Assembly (NCBI GenBank): GCA_000004985.1 | Contig: GG738965.1 | Direction: 5' to 3' (one strand) | Source: Naegleria gruberi | Taxonomy: Eukaryota | Length of the DNA stretch: 44,786 bases | Part shown: one piece after another, positions 31,701 through 43,307 of the stretch | Layout of the letters: the number at the start of each line of letters is the position of its first letter | How positions within the stretch are numbered: the first letter of the stretch is position 1 | Notes under the pieces: generated by a model | Seen by the model: only the letters and a program-made list of their open reading frames with translations | Told to the model about the DNA's origin: nothing | Databases searched by the model: none | Made by a program: the position numbers and the translations under genes

Positions 31701-34700
31701 NNNNNNNNNNNNNNNNNNNNNNNNNNNNNNNNNNNNNNNNNNNNNNNNNNNNNNNNNNNNNNNNNNNNNNNNNNNNNNNNNNNNNNNNNNNNNNNNNNNN
31801 NNNNNNNNNNNNNNNNNNNNNNNNNNNNNNNNNNNNNNNNNNNNNNNNNNNNNNNNNNNNNNNNNNNNNNNNNNNNNNNNNNNNNNNNNNNNNNNNNNNN
31901 NNNNNNNNNNNNNNNNNNNNNNNNNNNNNNNNNNNNNNNNNNNNNNNNNNNNNNNNNNNNNNNNNNNNNNNNNNNNNNNNNNNNNNNNNNNNNNNNNNNN
32001 NNNNNNNNNNNNNNNNNNNNNNNNNNNNNNNNNNNNNNNNNNNNNNNNNNNNNNNNNNNNNNNNNNNNNNNNNNNNNNNNNNNNNNNNNNNNNNNNNNNN
32101 NNNNNNNNNNNNNNNNNNNNNNNNNNNNNNNNNNNNNNNNNNNNNNNNNNNNNNNNNNNNNNNNNNNNNNNNNNNNNNNNNNNNNNNNNNNNNNNNNNNN
32201 NNNNNNNNNNNNNNNNNNNNNNNNNNNNNNNNNNNNNNNNNNNNNNNNNNNNNNNNNNNNNNNNNNNNNNNNNNNNNNNNNNNNNNNNNNNNNNNNNNNN
32301 NNNNNNNNNNNNNNNNNNNNNNNNNNNNNNNNNNNNNNNNNNNNNNNNNNNNNNNNNNNNNNNNNNNNNNNNNNNNNNNNNNNNNNNNNNNNNNNNNNNN
32401 NNNNNNNNNNNNNNNNNNNNNNNNNNNNNNNNNNNNNNNNNNNNNNNNNNNNNNNNNNNNNNNNNNNNNNNNNNNNNNNNNNNNNNNNNNNNNNNNNNNN
32501 NNNNNNNNNNNNNNNNNNNNNNNNNNNNNNNNNNNNNNNNNNNNNNNNNNNNNNNNNNNNNNNNNNNNNNNNNNNNNNNNNNNNNNNNNNNNNNNNNNNN
32601 NNNNNNNNNNNNNNNNNNNNNNNNNNNNNNNNNNNNNNNNNNNNNNNNNNNNNNNNNNNNNNNNNNNNNNNNNNNNNNNNNNNNNNNNNNNNNNNNNNNN
32701 NNNNNNNNNNNNNNNNNNNNNNNNNNNNNNNNNNNNNNNNNNNNNNNNNNNNNNNNNNNNNNNNNNNNNNNNNNNNNNNNNNNNNNNNNNNNNNNNNNNN
32801 NNNNNNNNNNNNNNNNNNNNNNNNNNNNNNNNNNNNNNNNNNNNNNNNNNNNNNNNNNNNNNNNNNNNNNNNNNNNNNNNNNNNNNNNNNNNNNNNNNNN
32901 NNNNNNNNNNNNNNNNNNNNNNNNNNNNNNNNNNNNNNNNNNNNNNNNNNNNNNNNNNNNNNNNNNNNNNNNNNNNNNNNNNNNNNNNNNNNNNNNNNNN
33001 NNNNNNNNNNNNNNNNNNNNNNNNNNNNNNNNNNNNNNNNNNNNNNNNNNNNNNNNNNNNNNNNNNNNNNNNNNNNNNNNNNNNNNNNNNNNNNNNNNNN
33101 NNNNNNNNNNNNNNNNNNNNNNNNNNNNNNNNNNNNNNNNNNNNNNNNNNNNNNNNNNNNNNNNNNNNNNNNNNNNNNNNNNNNNNNNNNNNNNNNNNNN
33201 NNNNNNNNNNNNNNNNNNNNNNNNNNNNNNNNNNNNNNNNNNNNNNNNNNNNNNNNNNNNNNNNNNNNNNNNNNNNNNNNNNNNNNNNNNNNNNNNNNNN
33301 NNNNNNNNNNNNNNNNNNNNNNNNNNNNNNNNNNNNNNNNNNNNNNNNNNNNNNNNNNNNNNNNNNNNNNNNNNNNNNNNNNNNNNNNNNNNNNNNNNNN
33401 NNNNNNNNNNNNNNNNNNNNNNNNNNNNNNNNNNNNNNNNNNNNNNNNNNNNNNNNNNNNNNNNNNNNNNNNNNNNNNNNNNNNNNNNNNNNNNNNNNNN
33501 NNNNNNNNNNNNNNNNNNNNNNNNNNNNNNNNNNNNNNNNNNNNNNNNNNNNNNNNNNNNNNNNNNNNNNNNNNNNNNNNNNNNNNNNNNNNNNNNNNNN
33601 NNNNNNNNNNNNNNNNNNNNNNNNNNNNNNNNNNNNNNNNNNNNNNNNNNNNNNNNNNNNNNNNNNNNNNNNNNNNNNNNNNNNNNNNNNNNNNNNNNNN
33701 NNNNNNNNNNNNNNNNNNNNNNNNNNNNNNNNNNNNNNNNNNNNNNNNNNNNNNNNNNNNNNNNNNNNNNNNNNNNNNNNNNNNNNNNNNNNNNNNNNNN
33801 NNNNNNNNNNNNNNNNNNNNNNNNNNNNNNNNNNNNNNNNNNNNNNNNNNNNNNNNNNNNNNNNNNNNNNNNNNNNNNNNNNNNNNNNNNNNNNNNNNNN
33901 NNNNNNNNNNNNNNNNNNNNNNNNNNNNNNNNNNNNNNNNNNNNNNNNNNNNNNNNNNNNNNNNNNNNNNNNNNNNNNNNNNNNNNNNNNNNNNNNNNNN
34001 NNNNNNNNNNNNNNNNNNNNNNNNNNNNNNNNNNNNNNNNNNNNNNNNNNNNNNNNNNNNNNNNNNNNNNNNNNNNNNNNNNNNNNNNNNNNNNNNNNNN
34101 NNNNNNNNNNNNNNNNNNNNNNNNNNNNNNNNNNNNNNNNNNNNNNNNNNNNNNNNNNNNNNNNNNNNNNNNNNNNNNNNNNNNNNNNNNNNNNNNNNNN
34201 NNNNNNNNNNNNNNNNNNNNNNNNNNNNNNNNNNNNNNNNNNNNNNNNNNNNNNNNNNNNNNNNNNNNNNNNNNNNNNNNNNNNNNNNNNNNNNNNNNNN
34301 NNNNNNNNNNNNNNNNNNNNNNNNNNNNNNNNNNNNNNNNNNNNNNNNNNNNNNNNNNNNNNNNNNNNNNNNNNNNNNNNNNNNNNNNNNNNNNNNNNNN
34401 NNNNNNNNNNNNNNNNNNNNNNNNNNNNNNNNNNNNNNNNNNNNNNNNNNNNNNNNNNNNNNNNNNNNNNNNNNNNNNNNNNNNNNNNNNNNNNNNNNNN
34501 NNNNNNNNNNNNNNNNNNNNNNNNNNNNNNNNNNNNNNNNNNNNNNNNNNNNNNNNNNNNNNNNNNNNNNNNNNNNNNNNNNNNNNNNNNNNNNNNNNNN
34601 NNNNNNNNNNNNNNNNNNNNNNNNNNNNNNNNNNNNNNNNNNNNNNNNNNNNNNNNNNNNNNNNNNNNNNNNNNNNNNNNNNNNNNNNNNNNNNNNNNNN

Positions 34701-37700
34701 NNNNNNNNNNNNNNNNNNNNNNNNNNNNNNNNNNNNNNNNNNNNNNNNNNNNNNNNNNNNNNNNNNNNNNNNNNNNNNNNNNNNNNNNNNNNNNNNNNNN
34801 NNNNNNNNNNNNNNNNNNNNNNNNNNNNNNNNNNNNNNNNNNNNNNNNNNNNNNNNNNNNNNNNNNNNNNNNNNNNNNNNNNNNNNNNNNNNNNNNNNNN
34901 NNNNNNNNNNNNNNNNNNNNNNNNNNNNNNNNNNNNNNNNNNNNNNNNNNNNNNNNNNNNNNNNNNNNNNNNNNNNNNNNNNNNNNNNNNNNNNNNNNNN
35001 NNNNNNNNNNNNNNNNNNNNNNNNNNNNNNNNNNNNNNNNNNNNNNNNNNNNNNNNNNNNNNNNNNNNNNNNNNNNNNNNNNNNNNNNNNNNNNNNNNNN
35101 NNNNNNNNNNNNNNNNNNNNNNNNNNNNNNNNNNNNNNNNNNNNNNNNNNNNNNNNNNNNNNNNNNNNNNNNNNNNNNNNNNNNNNNNNNNNNNNNNNNN
35201 NNNNNNNNNNNNNNNNNNNNNNNNNNNNNNNNNNNNNNNNNNNNNNNNNNNNNNNNNNNNNNNNNNNNNNNNNNNNNNNNNNNNNNNNNNNNNNNNNNNN
35301 NNNNNNNNNNNNNNNNNNNNNNNNNNNNNNNNNNNNNNNNNNNNNNNNNNNNNNNNNNNNNNNNNNNNNNNNNNNNNNNNNNNNNNNNNNNNNNNNNNNN
35401 NNNNNNNNNNNNNNNNNNNNNNNNNNNNNNNNNNNNNNNNNNNNNNNNNNNNNNNNNNNNNNNNNNNNNNNNNNNNNNNNNNNNNNNNNNNNNNNNNNNN
35501 NNNNNNNNNNNNNNNNNNNNNNNNNNNNNNNNNNNNNNNNNNNNNNNNNNNNNNNNNNNNNNNNNNNNNNNNNNNNNNNNNNNNNNNNNNNNNNNNNNNN
35601 NNNNNNNNNNNNNNNNNNNNNNNNNNNNNNNNNNNNNNNNNNNNNNNNNNNNNNNNNNNNNNNNNNNNNNNNNNNNNNNNNNNNNNNNNNNNNNNNNNNN
35701 NNNNNNNNNNNNNNNNNNNNNNNNNNNNNNNNNNNNNNNNNNNNNNNNNNNNNNNNNNNNNNNNNNNNNNNNNNNNNNNNNNNNNNNNNNNNNNNNNNNN
35801 NNNNNNNNNNNNNNNNNNNNNNNNNNNNNNNNNNNNNNNNNNNNNNNNNNNNNNNNNNNNNNNNNNNNNNNNNNNNNNNNNNNNNNNNNNNNNNNNNNNN
35901 NNNNNNNNNNNNNNNNNNNNNNNNNNNNNNNNNNNNNNNNNNNNNNNNNNNNNNNNNNNNNNNNNNNNNNNNNNNNNNNNNNNNNNNNNNNNNNNNNNNN
36001 NNNNNNNNNNNNNNNNNNNNNNNNNNNNNNNNNNNNNNNNNNNNNNNNNNNNNNNNNNNNNNNNNNNNNNNNNNNNNNNNNNNNNNNNNNNNNNNNNNNN
36101 NNNNNNNNNNNNNNNNNNNNNNNNNNNNNNNNNNNNNNNNNNNNNNNNNNNNNNNNNNNNNNNNNNNNNNNNNNNNNNNNNNNNNNNNNNNNNNNNNNNN
36201 NNNNNNNNNNNNNNNNNNNNNNNNNNNNNNNNNNNNNNNNNNNNNNNNNNNNNNNNNNNNNNNNNNNNNNNNNNNNNNNNNNNNNNNNNNNNNNNNNNNN
36301 NNNNNNNNNNNNNNNNNNNNNNNNNNNNNNNNNNNNNNNNNNNNNNNNNNNNNNNNNNNNNNNNNNNNNNNNNNNNNNNNNNNNNNNNNNNNNNNNNNNN
36401 NNNNNNNNNNNNNNNNNNNNNNNNNNNNNNNNNNNNNNNNNNNNNNNNNNNNNNNNNNNNNNNNNNNNNNNNNNNNNNNNNNNNNNNNNNNNNNNNNNNN
36501 NNNNNNNNNNNNNNNNNNNNNNNNNNNNNNNNNNNNNNNNNNNNNNNNNNNNNNNNNNNNNNNNNNNNNNNNNNNNNNNNNNNNNNNNNNNNNNNNNNNN
36601 NNNNNNNNNNNNNNNNNNNNNNNNNNNNNNNNNNNNNNNNNNNNNNNNNNNNNNNNNNNNNNNNNNNNNNNNNNNNNNNNNNNNNNNNNNNNNNNNNNNN
36701 NNNNNNNNNNNNNNNNNNNNNNNNNNNNNNNNNNNNNNNNNNNNNNNNNNNNNNNNNNNNNNNNNNNNNNNNNNNNNNNNNNNNNNNNNNNNNNNNNNNN
36801 NNNNNNNNNNNNNNNNNNNNNNNNNNNNNNNNNNNNNNNNNNNNNNNNNNNNNNNNNNNNNNNNNNNNNNNNNNNNNNNNNNNNNNNNNNNNNNNNNNNN
36901 NNNNNNNNNNNNNNNNNNNNNNNNNNNNNNNNNNNNNNNNNNNNNNNNNNNNNNNNNNNNNNNNNNNNNNNNNNNNNNNNNNNNNNNNNNNNNNNNNNNN
37001 NNNNNNNNNNNNNNNNNNNNNNNNNNNNNNNNNNNNNNNNNNNNNNNNNNNNNNNNNNNNNNNNNNNNNNNNNNNNNNNNNNNNNNNNNNNNNNNNNNNN
37101 NNNNNNNNNNNNNNNNNNNNNNNNNNNNNNNNNNNNNNNNNNNNNNNNNNNNNNNNNNNNNNNNNNNNNNNNNNNNNNNNNNNNNNNNNNNNNNNNNNNN
37201 NNNNNNNNNNNNNNNNNNNNNNNNNNNNNNNNNNNNNNNNNNNNNNNNNNNNNNNNNNNNNNNNNNNNNNNNNNNNNNNNNNNNNNNNNNNNNNNNNNNN
37301 NNNNNNNNNNNNNNNNNNNNNNNNNNNNNNNNNNNNNNNNNNNNNNNNNNNNNNNNNNNNNNNNNNNNNNNNNNNNNNNNNNNNNNNNNNNNNNNNNNNN
37401 NNNNNNNNNNNNNNNNNNNNNNNNNNNNNNNNNNNNNNNNNNNNNNNNNNNNNNNNNNNNNNNNNNNNNNNNNNNNNNNNNNNNNNNNNNNNNNNNNNNN
37501 NNNNNNNNNNNNNNNNNNNNNNNNNNNNNNNNNNNNNNNNNNNNNNNNNNNNNNNNNNNNNNNNNNNNNNNNNNNNNNNNNNNNNNNNNNNNNNNNNNNN
37601 NNNNNNNNNNNNNNNNNNNNNNNNNNNNNNNNNNNNNNNNNNNNNNNNNNNNNNNNNNNNNNNNNNNNNNNNNNNNNNNNNNNNNNNNNNNNNNNNNNNN

Positions 37701-40700
37701 NNNNNNNNNNNNNNNNNNNNNNNNNNNNNNNNNNNNNNNNNNNNNNNNNNNNNNNNNNNNNNNNNNNNNNNNNNNNNNNNNNNNNNNNNNNNNNNNNNNN
37801 NNNNNNNNNNNNNNNNNNNNNNNNNNNNNNNNNNNNNNNNNNNNNNNNNNNNNNNNNNNNNNNNNNNNNNNNNNNNNNNNNNNNNNNNNNNNNNNNNNNN
37901 NNNNNNNNNNNNNNNNNNNNNNNNNNNNNNNNNNNNNNNNNNNNNNNNNNNNNNNNNNNNNNNNNNNNNNNNNNNNNNNNNNNNNNNNNNNNNNNNNNNN
38001 NNNNNNNNNNNNNNNNNNNNNNNNNNNNNNNNNNNNNNNNNNNNNNNNNNNNNNNNNNNNNNNNNNNNNNNNNNNNNNNNNNNNNNNNNNNNNNNNNNNN
38101 NNNNNNNNNNNNNNNNNNNNNNNNNNNNNNNNNNNNNNNNNNNNNNNNNNNNNNNNNNNNNNNNNNNNNNNNNNNNNNNNNNNNNNNNNNNNNNNNNNNN
38201 NNNNNNNNNNNNNNNNNNNNNNNNNNNNNNNNNNNNNNNNNNNNNNNNNNNNNNNNNNNNNNNNNNNNNNNNNNNNNNNNNNNNNNNNNNNNNNNNNNNN
38301 NNNNNNNNNNNNNNNNNNNNNNNNNNNNNNNNNNNNNNNNNNNNNNNNNNNNNNNNNNNNNNNNNNNNNNNNNNNNNNNNNNNNNNNNNNNNNNNNNNNN
38401 NNNNNNNNNNNNNNNNNNNNNNNNNNNNNNNNNNNNNNNNNNNNNNNNNNNNNNNNNNNNNNNNNNNNNNNNNNNNNNNNNNNNNNNNNNNNNNNNNNNN
38501 NNNNNNNNNNNNNNNNNNNNNNNNNNNNNNNNNNNNNNNNNNNNNNNNNNNNNNNNNNNNNNNNNNNNNNNNNNNNNNNNNNNNNNNNNNNNNNNNNNNN
38601 NNNNNNNNNNNNNNNNNNNNNNNNNNNNNNNNNNNNNNNNNNNNNNNNNNNNNNNNNNNNNNNNNNNNNNNNNNNNNNNNNNNNNNNNNNNNNNNNNNNN
38701 NNNNNNNNNNNNNNNNNNNNNNNNNNNNNNNNNNNNNNNNNNNNNNNNNNNNNNNNNNNNNNNNNNNNNNNNNNNNNNNNNNNNNNNNNNNNNNNNNNNN
38801 NNNNNNNNNNNNNNNNNNNNNNNNNNNNNNNNNNNNNNNNNNNNNNNNNNNNNNNNNNNNNNNNNNNNNNNNNNNNNNNNNNNNNNNNNNNNNNNNNNNN
38901 NNNNNNNNNNNNNNNNNNNNNNNNNNNNNNNNNNNNNNNNNNNNNNNNNNNNNNNNNNNNNNNNNNNNNNNNNNNNNNNNNNNNNNNNNNNNNNNNNNNN
39001 NNNNNNNNNNNNNNNNNNNNNNNNNNNNNNNNNNNNNNNNNNNNNNNNNNNNNNNNNNNNNNNNNNNNNNNNNNNNNNNNNNNNNNNNNNNNNNNNNNNN
39101 NNNNNNNNNNNNNNNNNNNNNNNNNNNNNNNNNNNNNNNNNNNNNNNNNNNNNNNNNNNNNNNNNNNNNNNNNNNNNNNNNNNNNNNNNNNNNNNNNNNN
39201 NNNNNNNNNNNNNNNNNNNNNNNNNNNNNNNNNNNNNNNNNNNNNNNNNNNNNNNNNNNNNNNNNNNNNNNNNNNNNNNNNNNNNNNNNNNNNNNNNNNN
39301 NNNNNNNNNNNNNNNNNNNNNNNNNNNNNNNNNNNNNNNNNNNNNNNNNNNNNNNNNNNNNNNNNNNNNNNNNNNNNNNNNNNNNNNNNNNNNNNNNNNN
39401 NNNNNNNNNNNNNNNNNNNNNNNNNNNNNNNNNNNNNNNNNNNNNNNNNNNNNNNNNNNNNNNNNNNNNNNNNNNNNNNNNNNNNNNNNNNNNNNNNNNN
39501 NNNNNNNNNNNNNNNNNNNNNNNNNNNNNNNNNNNNNNNNNNNNNNNNNNNNNNNNNNNNNNNNNNNNNNNNNNNNNNNNNNNNNNNNNNNNNNNNNNNN
39601 NNNNNNNNNNNNNNNNNNNNNNNNNNNNNNNNNNNNNNNNNNNNNNNNNNNNNNNNNNNNNNNNNNNNNNNNNNNNNNNNNNNNNNNNNNNNNNNNNNNN
39701 NNNNNNNNNNNNNNNNNNNNNNNNNNNNNNNNNNNNNNNNNNNNNNNNNNNNNNNNNNNNNNNNNNNNNNNNNNNNNNNNNNNNNNNNNNNNNNNNNNNN
39801 NNNNNNNNNNNNNNNNNNNNNNNNNNNNNNNNNNNNNNNNNNNNNNNNNNNNNNNNNNNNNNNNNNNNNNNNNNNNNNNNNNNNNNNNNNNNNNNNNNNN
39901 NNNNNNNNNNNNNNNNNNNNNNNNNNNNNNNNNNNNNNNNNNNNNNNNNNNNNNNNNNNNNNNNNNNNNNNNNNNNNNNNNNNNNNNNNNNNNNNNNNNN
40001 NNNNNNNNNNNNNNNNNNNNNNNNNNNNNNNNNNNNNNNNNNNNNNNNNNNNNNNNNNNNNNNNNNNNNNNNNNNNNNNNNNNNNNNNNNNNNNNNNNNN
40101 NNNNNNNNNNNNNNNNNNNNNNNNNNNNNNNNNNNNNNNNNNNNNNNNNNNNNNNNNNNNNNNNNNNNNNNNNNNNNNNNNNNNNNNNNNNNNNNNNNNN
40201 NNNNNNNNNNNNNNNNNNNNNNNNNNNNNNNNNNNNNNNNNNNNNNNNNNNNNNNNNNNNNNNNNNNNNNNNNNNNNNNNNNNNNNNNNNNNNNNNNNNN
40301 NNNNNNNNNNNNNNNNNNNNNNNNNNNNNNNNNNNNNNNNNNNNNNNNNNNNNNNNNNNNNNNNNNNNNNNNNNNNNNNNNNNNNNNNNNNNNNNNNNNN
40401 NNNNNNNNNNNNNNNNNNNNNNNNNNNNNNNNNNNNNNNNNNNNNNNNNNNNNNNNNNNNNNNNNNNNNNNNNNNNNNNNNNNNNNNNNNNNNNNNNNNN
40501 NNNNNNNNNNNNNNNNNNNNNNNNNNNNNNNNNNNNNNNNNNNNNNNNNNNNNNNNNNNNNNNNNNNNNNNNNNNNNNNNNNNNNNNNNNNNNNNNNNNN
40601 NNNNNNNNNNNNNNNNNNNNNNNNNNNNNNNNNNNNNNNNNNNNNNNNNNNNNNNNNNNNNNNNNNNNNNNNNNNNNNNNNNNNNNNNNNNNNNNNNNNN

Positions 40701-40892
40701 NNNNNNNNNNNNNNNNNNNNNNNNNNNNNNNNNNNNNNNNNNNNNNNNNNNNNNNNNNNNNNNNNNNNNNNNNNNNNNNNNNNNNNNNNNNNNNNNNNNN
40801 NNNNNNNNNNNNNNNNNNNNNNNNNNNNNNNNNNNNNNNNNNNNNNNNNNNNNNNNNNNNNNNNNNNNNNNNNNNNNNNNNNNNNNNNNNNN

Positions 40893-41396
40893 AATTTTGA
40901 TTTGGCAAGTAAACTCAACTCCATTTGAAAAGAATCTGTAACGATAATATTTTATTCAACAAAATGCTAATTTCTCGATGGAATTAAGGTAGTTTTGAAA
41001 TCTGACTTCAAATTATGAATCCTCGCATTGACATACCCCTTGGGGTGGCAGCATTCTCAAAAATATGTAGAAATGAGTAAGAACGAGTGGTTAGGTGTTG
41101 TTCTATTGACATGCTTATTTTGGATTTGACAGCAGAAGAACAACAAAATTTTTTCTAAATAATTTATTTTCTTTCAAAAAACGCGTCAAATTTGAAGTAA
41201 ACGTGCTGTAAAACCCTTAAAATTTCCAATCTTATGTGAATTAATGTTTCAACTCATAATATGGCAAGCTTGAAAATCAAAATGATAATAATATTAGACA
41301 GACATTTCTTCCTTTTCAGAGAAGATGCTTCACAAAGATCCAAAACAGAGATGGGATACAATTCAGTGTCTTGAACCTTTGAAATATAGATATTAG
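40893..41396 (+). pseudogene. decayed CaMK-group protein kinase (subdomains VII-XI) with multiple in-frame stops; 5' part lies in the mask
   Basis: One reading frame (positions congruent to 0 mod 3) carries NFDLASKL (degenerate xIxDFGLAxK), then ILALTYPLGWQHSQKYVEMSKNEWLGVVLLTCLF (compare GTPxYxAPE...KYSxKxDIWSLGVVLYELL), then DISSFSEKMLHKDPKQRWDTIQCLEPLKYRY* (compare LLxKDPKKRxTxxQxLxHPW). That frame is broken by stops at 40926, 40965, 41016, 41127 and 41295. The +1 frame holds YFGFDSRRTTKFFLNNLFSFKKRVKFEV, resembling the [21 protein letters not shown] segment of DAPK/MLCK kinases. The spurious minus ORF start MELSLLAKSK at 40924 is antisense to this. Confidence 0.45.
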
Positions 41397-43307
41397 GACT
41401 TTTCTATCTTGCTTAAGATTTAATAATATAAGATCTATCAAATCGAGCAATGTGCTTAACAGAAACACCAGATAAAATAGCTCAGCGTTTTGTTATAGAG
41501 CTCTTGAATGAATCATTCAAAATAGTATTGGTGAGATAATGTAGTCAATCCATGAATATATTCTTTATAAAATACACCTTTTAATATGTCCTTACAAGGT
41601 GGCCTTTTGTCTGGATTGTAATGTAACTTATCTTTCCATCAAAATAATCCTCCAAATTTCTCTTCTCTATCAAAATTTTCACAACTTGTTTTCCATACCA
41701 CAAATCGATTTTGCAATCATCTAAATGTTTCACTAATTATGTTAAATTGTATAATATTTTGTAAAATGGACCAGTTATCCCTTCGCCTTTACATTTAAAG
41801 GAAAGATAGCATTGAACCACTGTTTTGAAACCAATGCACAATTCATTACAATCATCATGAAATGATAAAATTTCATAAATTACATCGTTCGAATGTTTCT
41901 CCTGTGAGTTGTGACATTTTTTGATGATGACAAGTTGATTCCTATCAACAACATGTTACTCCAATAGTTGTAAAAACAATTTGTAGAAAAGATATTATTG
42001 GTTCCTTCAATAGAACGGATAGGGTTGTTTTCAAAACATTCTGTTGAGAACAAAATTGGGAAAAACCTTAAAATTTCAAATCTTTCGTGGATATCATGAT
42101 TATNNNNNNNNNNNNNNNNNNNNNNNNNNNNNNNNNNNNNNNNNNNNNNNNNNNNNNNNNNNNNNNNNNNNNNNNNNNNNNNNNNNNNNNNNNNNNNNNN
42201 NNNNNNNNNNNNNNNNNNNNNNNNNNNNNNNNNNNNNNNNNNNNNNNNNNNNNNNNNNNNNNNNNNNNNNNNNNNNNNNNNNNNNNNNNNNNNNNNNNNN
42301 NNNNNNNNNNNNNNNNNNNNNNNNNNNNNNNNNNNNNNNNNNNNNNNNNNNNNNNNNNNNNNNNNNNNNNNNNNNNNNNNNNNNNNNNNNNNNNNNNNNN
42401 NNNNNNNNNNNNNNNNNNNNNNNNNNNNNNNNNNNNNNNNNNNNNNNNNNNNNNNNNNNNNNNNNNNNNNNNNNNNNNNNNNNNNNNNNNNNNNNNNNNN
42501 NNNNNNNNNNNNNNNNNNNNNNNNNNNNNNNNNNNNNNNNNNNNNNNNNNNNNNNNNNNNNNNNNNNNNNNNNNNNNNNNNNNNNNNNNNNNNNNNNNNN
42601 NNNNNNNNNNNNNNNNNNNNNNNNNNNNNNNNNNNNNNNNNNNNNNNNNNNNNNNNNNNNNNNNNNNNNNNNNNNNNNNNNNNNNNNNNNNNNNNNNNNN
42701 NNNNNNNNNNNNNNNNNNNNNNNNNNNNNNNNNNNNNNNNNNNNNNNNNNNNNNNNNNNNNNNNNNNNNNNNNNNNNNNNNNNNNNNNNNNNNNNNNNNN
42801 NNNNNNNNNNNNNNNNNNNNNNNNNNNNNNNNNNNNNNNNNNNNNNNNNNNNNNNNNNNNNNNNNNNNNNNNNNNNNNNNNNNNNNNNNNNNNNNNNNNN
42901 NNNNNNNNNNNNNNNNNNNNNNNNNNNNNNNNNNNNNNNNNNNNNNNNNNNNNNNNNNNNNNNNNNNNNNNNNNNNNNNNNNNNNNNNNNNNNNNNNNNN
43001 NNNNNNNNNNNNNNNNNNNNNNNNNNNNNNNNNNNNNNNNNNNNNNNNNNNNNNNNNNNNNNNNNNNNNNNNNNNNNNNNNNNNNNNNNNNNNNNNNNNN
43101 NNNNNNNNNNNNNNNNNNNNNNNNNNNNNNNNNNNNNNNNNNNNNNNNNNNNNNNNNNNNNNNNNNNNNNNNNNNNNNNNNNNNNNNNNNNNNNNNNNNN
43201 NNNNNNNNNNNNNNNNNNNNNNNNNNNNNNNNNNNNNNNNNNNNNNNNNNNNNNNNNNNNNNNNNNNNNNNNNNNNNNNNNNNNNNNNNNNNNNNNNNNN
43301 NNNNNNT

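Noticed and set aside
13654-40924. Three ~9,000-aa ORFs on both strands spanning the large N block
   Set aside because: They consist entirely of X from translating N. Only the few residues outside the mask are real sequence, and those on the minus strand lack any coding signal.
40893-40924. Minus-strand start MELSLLAKSK at 40924 for a gene entering the mask
   Set aside because: It is antisense to the DFG-like segment of the plus-strand kinase pseudogene. It has poor start context and a polypyrimidine/AG immediately upstream.
40893-41396. Non-standard genetic code (stop-codon reassignment) to explain in-frame stops in the kinase-like frame
   Set aside because: All three stop codons occur in that frame, and neighbouring genes terminate normally at TAA/TAG with proper C-termini. 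Pseudogenisation explains it better.
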